This document shows positions 25,400-36,340 of a stretch of DNA of 64,000 bases, piece by piece. Each line of letters opens with the position of its first letter. The first letter of the stretch is position 1. The stretch is taken from assembly GCA_036172245.1 (NCBI GenBank), contig JAYWIR010000022.1, forward strand, positions 2,666,001-2,730,000. The letters are read 5' to 3'. The notes under the pieces are model-generated. The model did not search any database. It was not told the DNA's origin and saw nothing but the letters and a program-made list of their open reading frames with translations. Both the position numbers and the translations under genes were made by a program. The DNA comes from Raillietiella orientalis. Taxonomy: Eukaryota.

Positions 25400-26700
25400 A
25401 AAATCCTGCGCCTACATAAGCATTGGTTGGGACCTGCTCTTCTTGGATGCTCATGTTCTGGACGTCTCTTCAGCGAGAGGATGTCCCAGACTAAGGGTGC
25501 AATGGATATCGCAGCCATATAAAGTGCCAGTGGCAACCAGCCATAAGGTGCCTCCCCTTGTCGAGGTGAAGCTGTGGTCTTTGCGAAACGTTAGAGTTTC
25601 GTCGCCTCTTCCTTGCAGAATGTCGTCCAGCAACGTGTCCAATGCACATCCCTCCATCTGCTCCTTCATGTGCACGCAGAAGCTCCAGTCGAAGAAGCGT
25701 ATGTTCTTGCGGTGCTGTTTCCACAGAAGGTCACGAACCACAAACGGCTCGAGCCCCATCATGTCCGCAACGCTTACAACTGCTCTCATATCTTTTTATT
25801 CAAACGGGAGAATCCCACTCGGAAAACAACAGTTCTCCAGAATATCCCGGGTATTTTTCGTCTCTGAGTGATCTGTCAGCGTGCACGTGGTGCATAAACA
25901 CCACTGCAACCACACCGTTCGAGGCCGGGTGCTGCGGCAACAGCAGCAGTAACGTTGCCATTGTTTCCTGCAAAGTGATCCGGCTCCTTGGAAGGTGAGC
26001 GCGAGAGGGCGCAATGTAGCCGACTCCTTTTAACATGGTTTCCAAGGGGGACTCAGTATTCGAGGGGAAATTGGAGATGACCGAGGAAGCAGTCAAGGAA
26101 AACCGTAGCCGTTGAGACGAGCCGTAGCGGCATGCCGTGACTTTCCGAAGTGCAAAGCTGAGAAGGAGCAAGTCGTGGGAGGCGCTCTCGGAAAAAGAGA
26201 CGAAGCCAAGACGCGGTTCCGGAACGGGAAGCGGGACCTCTGGTTACGAGGAATCGACACCATGGCGGATTGACTTCTTCGACGACATGTGAAGCTGCTC
26301 GAGGAAGCCAAGCGTTTCTTCCGGGAAGCTGCAAACGGCTTTCCTGTGATGCCCTCGATGGTTTCCGAGCACAAGGATGCGCGGACCGGCGAGTCGGAGA
26401 CCCAAGAGATGCGGTGGAGAAGATAGAGGAAAACTAGCGAGGTTTTTTTCTTTTTTCTTTCTAGAATCATTTCGGAGCCCCCGAGGGAGCACGCAGGACG
26501 AACAAGACTGGCTGACAGTAATGCAGTCGGGCCAAAGGAGTGAGTTGCTTATAAGCTCGAGCTTCTCTTTGCCCGAACGATGCGCCCCCTCGCCAACCCG
26601 AATTCTGCCCGTCCCTGTTTTGTGGATTCCCCTGCGATCCGTGAAGGCGGAAGTGAAGCGAAATCCGCCCCAATCATGATTGGCCTTCCTCCACACCCTT
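25400..26700 (-). pseudogene. Decayed NACHT NTPase (NLR-like) gene
   Basis: RIRVGEGAHRSGKEKL (P-loop-like, 26606-26559), SLVFLY, TLGFLEQL (Walker B position), CRFLVTRGP (sensor, 26256-26233), GMPLRL, LKGVGYIA, VFMHH, in NACHT order. Confidence 0.45.
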
Positions 26701-28741
26701 TTCCTGTCGGAATAAAAGTGAAAACAAACAGCCGGCCATTCGTAGTGCGTATTTATTCAAATCCGGGACTCCTGGACTTGATAGCTCTTAGAAATGCTTG
26801 AGGTCAGTAGCAGCATCCTCTCCTCCCTGTGGCTAAAATGTTTTCCAGAGAAAGGTTCGAACGAACCCTCCCGATGCCTCAGCGAAATCTGTCGTTCCTT
26901 CGCTGGACAGCCCCGGTCCATTCAGGGCTATCCACGTATGCCATTCACCTCCATCTTTCCACACCCCTAAACTCCCTTGATTTGGTGCAATCCGCTTCCA
27001 GCATCGAAGCCTCTCTTGTGGGCACGTGGCCTCCCCCCTGGACGGAAGGCACCCTTGCTCCCCGGCACTCAGACGCTCTGAGACTAAAGGCAAGGAAGGC
27101 GGGATCATCGCTTCCAGTAAAATGGGATCTCTCGCTCCCTGGTCCCGCCGCGAACAGATAGATGGGATGTCCAATCATTCAACCCACAGATAGGTACCTT
27201 CATACCTCCCTGGGTTTTCGGCTGCTCGGCTGCTCTTCTGCGACTCTCCCAATGAGTTGGTAGGTTCCCACGCCCATCTCTTCCGCGTTCCGAAATATCT
27301 GATGGATGTCCTCCGCGTTCTTCTGAGGTGTCGGTGCTCTCTCATACAGAGGAGCGCTACCCATACTTTCGAGTTGCTCATTGCTTGTTGTCCTTCCAGC
27401 AAAGTGCATTTCTGTTTCATGAAGGCATTTTCTTATGGGACCGATGCCTATTAGCTGCCAACTTCAGAGCAACTTCTGGTCAGTTGCCGTTGGATGTGAC
27501 GGCCATTGGGGCTGCATCTGGTGAGAAATTCGAAGCTCGGAAATCTCTTTTCTCTTTCTTGGAAAAGACAGCTTCCAAACTTTGGCGCTTGCTGAAATAG
27601 CTTAGTCTGTCCACCAATGTCTTGGGGACGATTCCTATTGGCGAACCTAAAGTTCACTGAAGGAAGGAAAGAATTGTTTCCCAAGGGGAACCAAATTCGA
27701 ATGTGAGGGCTGCTTTACCCAAACAGGGAGAGCATTCGTTGAGATTTAAGATGCAGTGGGAAGCTATCCAACAGCTTAAGGCAGTGCTATTAGGTACAGT
27801 TAAGAACGAAGATCTTTGCACTCGCAACATTACGTAATTTTCAGTTTGATTAGAAAACCATTCAAGAGATGGCATGCGCGCACCTCAGAAAAGAAAAAGA
27901 AAAAACATTATACGCTTCAAAAACTTTGTGTACAGCTTAGAGAGGGATCGTATTTAAGAAATATTTGATTCTTCCTCGTGAAACGGATGCAGCACTCCCG
28001 TTCTGAAGAAATACCCGAGCTCTATGTCCTCGAAATTCAATTCCTTCTGCGTGCACGGCTGTTTAACGAAGAAAAGAAAGAAAGCAAAGAAAAGAAGGAA
28101 AAAAGGTTTTGCTTGGATGAGAACAGATAGCATGAATTTTCGAAATCGGATCTCCAAGAGGCTAGCTGAGGAAATGAGGTGGCAAACCTTATTCAAACAT
28201 GGACGTCATTGACCTCACAACATATGGCATGCGCCATCCTTTTATAGATTCTAAAATATCGTCAGATTCTTAGCTGCATTCGTTGGTGTGATCTTCTGGG
28301 CGATGATAGCATACAATCGGCAGGCATCTTTCAGAAACATTGCTCTTCACTTTGCTTGAAACTCTGCCCCTTCTTACCTGGTGGGAAGCAGAAACTCAAA
28401 AAAACGGATGAACAGATATCAAAGTCGGAGTGCATCTTACTTCCAGGGCAGGTCGAAAAGACATTGTCCCGAGATTCCCTCTGGGCGCATCTACGGTTTA
28501 TTGATTGGAGAGCGTAGGCATTTACTTTCACGTACCACTTCGTCCCATGCAACCAAAAGTGATGAAACCCCGATTACAGGCTAGAGCCCTGTTAAAACCT
28601 GCCACACTAGATGCAGTGTGGGAAGCCATCCAAGTGGACCAGCACCTAATTTTCCACTGAAGGATGATGACGAATCATGCCTCCCCTCTTCTCTTTCTCT
28701 TTAAAACTTTCTCAACGTTTCGTTGAGGGTAGTGTGTCTGG

Positions 28742-28794
28742 TAGGTTGCGAACAGGAATGCTATTGCTGCGATAGCATTCCTGTTCGCAACCTA
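28742..28794. repeat. Perfect 23-bp inverted repeat with 7-nt spacer
   Basis: TAGGTTGCGAACAGGAATGCTAT-TGCTGCG-ATAGCATTCCTGTTCGCAACCTA. Confidence 0.95.
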
Positions 28795-28819
28795 TCCCTG
28801 CCTAATCTTTTCTAGAAAG

Positions 28820-29716
28820 AAAAGAGATTATCGATACAAAGAATGCTACAACTACGGATATCTTCAAAAGAACTTTGGGGGTGAGGATAACCCAAAGGAC
28901 CAGAAGCTTTGGCAGGACCAAGGCACTCAGTGGTCCAGGGTGGATCCTTAGATGAAGAACATCAAAATCCTGGAAGAGGTCACTCCATCTGAAGCGATGG
29001 GAAAGATGAAATGCAGGCTAGGCAACCATGTCCTCGATACCCAGGCGATCAGGACAGTCCTCTGGAGATCTTCCCTGCGCCGAACATCCAGGATTGCCTC
29101 TTGATGGTGACCAATATCGCCTCGAAGCCACGATGTTCTACCACGGAGGCATTCTATACTGCACGAGGTTTCAGCACTGGACTGGGAACCCAGACGACGA
29201 CCGGTCCCGCGTGTGGGTCGATCGAAGACACGACCTGCACATCTACACCTTCCAAACCCTTGTCCGGGACTGGAGAGTGTCGAGGCAGGCGGTGGAGATG
29301 GACGACACGCCGACGCTGGAGATCCTGAGAAGACTCTTCGAAGGTGAAGACGACGTTCCTCGCTACAACCCCACCCGCTGCAGGTGATCGTCGCCTTCCT
29401 GAAAAGCATCTCCATCAGAAGGAGCAAACTGACTCATGGACACGTGTGCAAAGCCGGAAAATTCTTCAAGGACTTTTAAAAAGGGAAGTCAACGTTCGTG
29501 CGTGCGGAAGACCGCCATCTTGGACCCTTCTGCACTGCCTCCGAATTCTGAACAGTGAGGCCAGGACGGTGTGGTGCGATACCCTCACGGGCCGCAGCAC
29601 TTTGTAAGCGACTCCATGGTAGCAAAGTGATTGGTTTTTCCTCGTGTGAGTGTACTCTTAGTGTGAATGATTGATTAATTCAAAAATTCACCCCACCGCA
29701 AGTCGGACTGGGGAAA
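28820..29716 (+). mobile_element. Family A 3' fragment
   Basis: MFYHGGILYCTRFQHWTGNPDDD...LFEGEDDVPRYNP...LQGLLKREV; terminal hairpin at 29686-29716. Confidence 0.85.
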
Positions 29717-31817
29717 CACGGACATCTTCATCATCGTGGGCAACCTCAAGGTGTTGGACAGCTGAAGCCCACCACCCTCACCCAGTTCAAGGATGCCCGA
29801 CGAAAGACGGCTTCTCGGCAGCCGTCCGAGGAATCCGGACTACTGTGGATTACAGGCAGTCACAAGCCGACCGATCACTGCAGTCAGGAAATCGTTAAAC
29901 CGCATTCAAGGATACCGAAACATGCAGACCGTGCCGTCGGACAACCACCTGATGAGGTTCACCACGTAGACCAAGGATCTTCGGAAGAAGCGCGCGAGCT
30001 TGGCGCTCATCTGCATGCCCGCCCGGTTCGAGACACTTCGCTTTCACCACCTCTTCGAGACAGTCCTGCGAAACACCACCTACCACCTGCGGAGTCGATG
30101 GCGGGGACAGGTTGAAGCACACCATCCGCGTGTTCTGCAGTATGCAACCTCGTAGGAAGCAGGAAGATGAGGCAAGAAGGAAATTGTGTACCGGAAACTG
30201 AACATATCAGATCCCTCCCTCTCGAAGCACGTCTTTCGAAACCTCAAAAGGGGAGTCGGCGCGCTGGAGAGGAACATCCCCACGGATGTCTTCAGCATTC
30301 AGTACGACGACTAAGTCAGGCACACGTCGGAAGGAATCGTGGAAGCTTTCCAAAAGCATCACATTACTCACTTCCGGCGATAGCATCTTTTCCCGGGGAG
30401 CAGGAGGCCATCCTATGCCACCTGCACAGGAGGTGGGGCCAACGGCAGCAAGCTCGGTTGGACGAGGAAATCTCCACGGAGATCAAAAATGCGTCCGCAG
30501 GACGACGCAAGGACGTAGCGGAAGGGTCCGACAGTGCGCCCACCCACCTCTCACTATCAGCGGTACCTGCACCTCTATCTGCGTCTGTTCTACGAATCAT
30601 GCTATGCACCCAGGAAGAACAGAGGGCTCCCAGAATCGTTTCACGGGAGCAGGATGAGATTGCTGCCCAAGGGAGGTGACCTAACAAAGGTCACTCCGTA
30701 GAGATCAGTCCCCCATCCTCAGCTCAGGTGTCTATTGGCTGGCCGAGACCTGGGTCAACCGCGTAGGAACTGCTTTACCATCAACGATCTCTCCAACGCA
30801 AACTCGCCGAGGCGCCCGGACTCCGCACGTCTGACAACATGAAGTGTGCTCAGACCACCATTGGTTGCAGTCGAAACGTCGGCGAAGAGCTGTTGCTGGA
30901 TTTCACGGATATGGAGAAAGCAACCAGTAGCAACCGCCATGAGATACGACTGCTAAGATACATACAACAGTGAAAGCGTCTTGTGGGTGAAAGGCACTCA
31001 CCCACAAGACGCACGTACTTTGAAAGAATCTAGCATCCTATATGTGTATGACCAGATCTAACCTTAGCGACGGAATCTTAGATACAAAACAGGACGATAA
31101 CGCCTTCTCTACGGTTGCTAACCGCTAAGGGATCCTCAACGTGAACCTGGGAACGGTTGGAGAAACCATTTGGAAGAGTGACACCCAGGATGGCCTCCTT
31201 ATGTATTACGACAGAAGCATTCTGAGACCAGGACAAAACACTGGATGGGGAACCCACAAGATAAGATCCACATAGAATATGGAGGCAGGGTAACTCAACT
31301 CCACGTCCTAACCTGCCCGAAGCTGCACCGAGATCGGAAAGCGCTTGACAGCACATCAGGCAAGGACGAAACTGGAAATTCTGGTCGGATTGTTCGAAGG
31401 GGAAGGCAAGGTCCCCCGATACAATCCCATGGTCAGAACCATCATCACTCTTTTCATCATGGGCATCTTGATAAGAAAAGCCGAGAAAAGGAAATGCGGA
31501 AGTGCAGCCCCAGATTGATAGGAAAAGAGATCGGAATTAGAAACTGCGGAAGAGTCCCTACCTGGACCTACAGGTACATTTTGAAGAAAATAATGAAGAA
31601 TGTCCAGATGCAGATGGAACCCCATTTTACGCAGGTGCGAACTGGAAACGTTCTTTTTACAAAGGCTACCGGCATTCGTTGCACTGCAAGTGACACGAGT
31701 GACGCTACTTCGACGCGACTATGCAAAAATATTGAGTTTACTGTCGTTTTTCGTGTTGTGTCACAAGCATGCTGTGCTGAAATGAAATCACCCGGCCGCT
31801 TGTCGGACCTGGGGAAA
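29717..31817 (+). mobile_element. Internally deleted L1/Tx1-like copy: endonuclease C-half, linker, RT start, then family A C-terminus and 3' end
   Basis: IFIIVGNL (29724), VPSDNH (~29935), LDEEISTE.IKNA..GSDSAP (~30460-30540); then LFEGEGKVPRYNPMVRTIITLF (~31390-31460) and the terminal hairpin at 31786-31817. Confidence 0.7.
30976..31012. repeat. Perfect 15-bp inverted repeat with 7-nt loop
   Basis: GCGTCTTGTGGGTGA-AAGGCAC-TCACCCACAAGACGC. Confidence 0.95.
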
Positions 31818-33037
31818 ATGATGCTGCAACCACGGTCTCTCTCTCTCTTCCTCTTTTTCTGAAAAAGAAAGAAAGAAAGAAACCTTAGGAATAAGAAGGA
31901 CAGGTTGTGGCCTGATTTCTGTTTCGACCGCTCTGCACTCAGATCCGCGTATCGCTTACGTTCAGCCATCTCCATCACTCGAGAGGGGTTCTGATGCCTT
32001 TTATTTTATTGGCAGTTGTGCATGCAGCAATGCCAAACCTCGGATTCAATATGTACTCTGTATCGAAGAAATTTTTCGACAGTGTTCCCCCTGGGAGAAC
32101 GTCAATGTGCCTACTCACCATGCGTGAGAAGCAATACTTTTGAGATGAATGCCTGGGTGACCACTCAAAAGAAGAAGCGTGCACTCTTCCGATGAATCAC
32201 CCAAACCTCCCGAGTTCCACTGAGTCTAAGGGCCGAGTTTCTGATGCTTCAGACGGAATCGCGGTAAGCGATTAGATAGAAAGATACATTTGTTGAAGCA
32301 TCTTCCAAAACAGATGCTACCAAGCTTCAATCCTTGCTTTCCATGGACAGACAGTCAGCAAAAATGCCCGTCATATATAAGAATCAACACGGTAAAAGGC
32401 TTTGAGTGTTTGCTGATTAAAAGTCTGTAGGTGGTATTCAGAATTCTGAAAATAGAATAAACAGGACATCAAGGATAATAAAGTGTACGATAATTTGTGA
32501 AGTTTACTTGTCTATTCGTGAGCAGGAGGGTGCTCCTACTATTCATTGTCAACACATGCTTTCCTTCCTGTGCTTTGATTCTCTTTTTTATGTATTTACC
32601 TTCATTGCTGATGGATACTCTGTAATTCATCTGATTGATGAGTCTGCTGTTGTTTCCGACTCATGTGATTCTGGATCTTATTTTCAGCCGAGACCCGAGA
32701 AAGTGTCGAACGTGATCACGGTTTCCTAGATCATGTTTAAGAAGATGGAGAAAAAAATTAAAATTAGAACGTTTGTATGGCCAATATACATCGGAAATCG
32801 AACCAAACCTGGAATAAGGAACTTCCATATAAAAGAAGACGTATGAGGCAATCCATGTCAGTTTGCCACAGCATCCAGATCTGCAAATGCAAAAGATTTC
32901 CGAAGAGCAAGGAATGGAGAGAAATGTCATTAATATCACGGTTTCCAACTGTCGAAAGTTTCTTGATGACATCTTTAAATTAGCAGCAATTATTAAATAG
33001 TGCAATTGATATGTGTAACTGCAAAAAAAAAAAAAAA

Positions 33038-33160
33038 GGGGGTTGGCGGCCCTATGGACACGGTCTCCAAGCAGTGGCACCAAGAGTCGCAGGTTCGAAT
33101 ACCCGTAAAGGATTGACGCCGAGGAATGGGTGAGTCGTTAGGTTCAATTCCCACCTGCAA
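33038..33160 (+). other. tRNA-derived (SINE-like) remnant with two B-box-like motifs
   Basis: GAGTCGCAGGTTCGAATAC (B box 33092-33102) and GAGTCGTTAGGTTCAATTCC (33141-33151). No intact cloverleaf. Confidence 0.4.
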
Positions 33161-33199
33161 GATGGCGCTGGTTGGCCTGTAGGCTTCGGGTGCGGCACT

Positions 33200-34050
33200 G
33201 ATTAACACCCGGTCACGCCAGGGCGTTTATTTATAAAGAATAAACGATCATGTCTGTGGGAGGACGTTTTATCCTGCCACGTTACTTAGAACTACGAGAA
33301 GGAACCTGCCGGGAACGGGCGCGCAGGTCAGCGGGGTTCGAAGGGGAAAGGGAGACAAAACAAAAGGAAGAAAATAAAGCAAAAAACATACAGTCAAAAA
33401 AAAGAAAGGGGGTGATTGAGGAAGAGATCATTGGGTGCTGGAGGGTATCCTCTGCATCCTTGTAAGGATGCCTGCAAGTTCCTCTTTCAAGAATCCGAGA
33501 TGACGCCATCTTGACGCTGTCCTCATGAAGAGGACAGCAAAATAGATGGCGTCCCTTTCTTCCTCGGCTCGTCTGGCGTTGCTCCATGCAGCCACGGTTT
33601 CGCCGCGTAGGCAGCCAAGCGCTGCTGGGGATGCGGCTGGCGTGAGGGCGTCGCGCAGGAAGAGGCGCCTAGAAACGTCTTTAGCGTTGCCGCGGGGGGT
33701 TGCAAGGGTCGCGGCAAAGCATCCCCAAAGGGCTCGAAGGGAAACACAGTCCGCTAGGAGCTGCGGGAGGAGGGATTTCCGCTCCCCGCACCTGGCATAG
33801 TTTGGATCTACACACACCTGATGTCCAATGATGCTGGCGAGCGTTGCACGTGAGACCCCAGTGCAGCAGCAACAGACACGATTCCTGCCACTTTAAGGGG
33901 AGGATGCGGGGGTTCATAAGAACCGTAGGCCACTGCAGGTCTTCCTCCGGAATACCCAATAGCACGCTCCAGCGCAAAAGCCCATGGGTGCACACTTGGA
34001 AAAGCGCATGCCCTGGTTGACCGGCCGGGATTGGAAGTTGACCCTCCGGT
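33200..34050 (-). mobile_element. Family B 3' fragment
   Basis: NPRILPLKWQESCLLLLHWGLTCNARQHHW, RCGERKSLL..LLADC..LRALW, LFLRDALTPAASPAALGCLRG; 3' UTR and terminal motif at 33231-33208. Confidence 0.85.
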
Positions 34051-34899
34051 CTCCCTCCAGAATCAGAGGGGTTTCCCTTCGCTTGTGAAAATGGAGCCGT
34101 CTATTGAGACCTAGGAGAGGGTTGATACCACCCTCGGGGGGTTACCTTTCCACAGTAGAGAAGCGAGCTTTTTCCTTCGGGGGACGGACCCTTCAGAGAA
34201 ACCGGGAAGTCACTTCGGGGTTCTCTTCAGAGGAGCAAGCAAGGAGCGGTTTCCTTGTGGATTCTCTCCAGAGAGGAAACGAAGAGTGACCCTCCCTCCA
34301 GGAGACCCTTCTGGAGAAAATAAGGAAGAGGAAACGGACTCCTTCCACCGGAGCCTTCCTCGATTCATAGGGTAGTCCCTCCCGGGTTACCCCCTAACTT
34401 GAAGAGTTACGCACACCCTCGGGCGAGCAGTGTTGAAAGAGCTTTGTGAGCCCCCCCAAAGCAGACGAACGGTTCTTCAGCACGTGGCGAACCAACACAA
34501 AAAAGGGGGGGTGGATAGGGAGAGAGGGTAACCTTAAGTAAAATAGAGGGAGAATCAAGAAATCTCTGAGAACGCACTGCTTTCTCGGACTTCAACTTCG
34601 AGACAAACCTGAAGAAGAGGAGGACAGGTGGAGAAGGACAGGAGGGACAGGTGGAGATTTTGATTCGACAAAAGCGCCTTAATACTTGCACGCCCTGTGA
34701 ATTGAATCACGCAATGAACATGAGGCGTTCGGCAGGCTTGCCAGACGCAAGTGTGTTGTAATAGGAAATGATTTGATTTTGTACCTCTTCTGCCAGCATT
34801 ACCAATACCATCGGAGCGTTTCACCTGCAATTTCCGTTGAAAATGCCTCTCTACTCCACAAAAAAAGAAGAAAAAGAAAAAAAGGCGATGAATTCCTCG

Positions 34900-35900
34900 G
34901 TTCTAACCGACCTCGGGAACACACTCTTGCAAAAGTCCGCGCCGAAGGACGTGAGGATCGCAGAAATGTGGGCGCCACCAATCGCCAACGCATCGACAAC
35001 GCCTTGGGGACGAATGCACAGTCCGGACCATGGGTTTCAGTCGATTTGGTTGAGAACCAAGCTCAGCGGGGTGAGACACGTTCTCTTCCTGCTGAATATC
35101 ACGAAATTGATCGGGAGACAGGAGCAATCAGCTTCAGCCAGGAGCTGGCAGCCAGGAGCAACGAAAAACCTGCATCCCTAAACGACTGCGGTTCTCCTTG
35201 GAAAGAGAGTCTCGCACCGAGTGCAGCTGGTGGCGCGGGAGCCAATTAGTCCACAGAGACCCTAATCTGATGTGACCCTGCGTTCCGCCTCCGGCCCAAA
35301 GCTCGATGGTCGAGAATCGAGGTTTTACTCACCTCTTTCCGAAGAGCAATGGGAGATCGAGAAGCTGCGACTGCGAGTCTGCAAGAGAGTACACGCCGGC
35401 CCGACGGCGTGCGTGAAGGAGGTGACAAAGGACTGCTTGAGAACAGAAGTGGACCTCCGACGCGCTTCAGGTCGGGCGATGAAGACAGAATGGGACGTCA
35501 ACAACATAAGATTAGGAGACCTTAGAGATCTGTTGAGAAGACCTATGAAGCCCTGTTGAGGAAAATTGCTATCGTGCAGGATGGAAGCCCGAGCCTACAC
35601 TACAGTGCCTCAACACCTTGGATCGAGTGTCTCTGGACATTTCCTTCGCGGAAGGAAAGTGGGTCGGCCTTCGGAAACGTACAGAAAGACTTAGTGACCT
35701 GCCCTGTCCAGGTACCCAGACCACACTACGGGATTCACCTCGAGATCTTCCATTTCCGGCTTCCTGAACGCTTTACGGAGAAGATCCGTGTAGAAGGAGG
35801 ATGTCACCGTCGTCCTTTCACGCTACCTGGACGGGGTTGCCACGGAAGGGCGAAACCTTACCAAGCTCGCGCAGCCGTAGCCCCTACACGAGTGTCAAAG
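34900..35900 (+). pseudogene. Possible third decayed NACHT-like fragment
   Basis: AQRGETRSL (P-loop position), IEVLLTSFR (sensor-like) and LRDLLRRPM (PL motif) in the expected order; very degenerate. Confidence 0.28.
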
Positions 35901-35904
35901 GATC

Positions 35905-36340
35905 CGTAACCCGGTCACGCAGGGACTCTTATTTACATTTCAGTGAACATACGTGAAAAGGTATGCGTTTATGTATACGGTTTCTATATATGCCGGCTCA
36001 CAGATCAACAGCATGGAAGGAAAAGAGATGGGGGCAATAGATAGCGAGAGAACGAGAATAAAAACAAAAGAAAAAATGAACAAACAGATTAAAAAAATAA
36101 AGCACCGTAGACCCCCGTACAGACAGATTCGTAGGACACGACATAAAAAAGTGGCGACATTTCCGCGTGCAAAGTATCCGCCCCGTATCACGTTGTGGGT
36201 GCATTTCAACCTGTCATCTCGGATGCCCTCAAGAAGGATACGAACACGTGACTTGAGATCCCTCGGATCGGATCCCTCGCCATTCACATTTTCGAGAACG
36301 AAACGGCATTTCTCTTCAACGAGAATGACCCGAGACTACG
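35905..36340 (-). mobile_element. 3' fragment of another non-LTR family
   Basis: ORF end, U-rich UTR, then TAAATAAGAGTCCCTGCGTGACCGGG, nearly identical to the motif at 20686-20711. Confidence 0.5.

Noticed and set aside
25107..25871. 254-aa plus-strand ORF
   Set aside because: Antisense to the NACHT-like remnant and lacks domain features.
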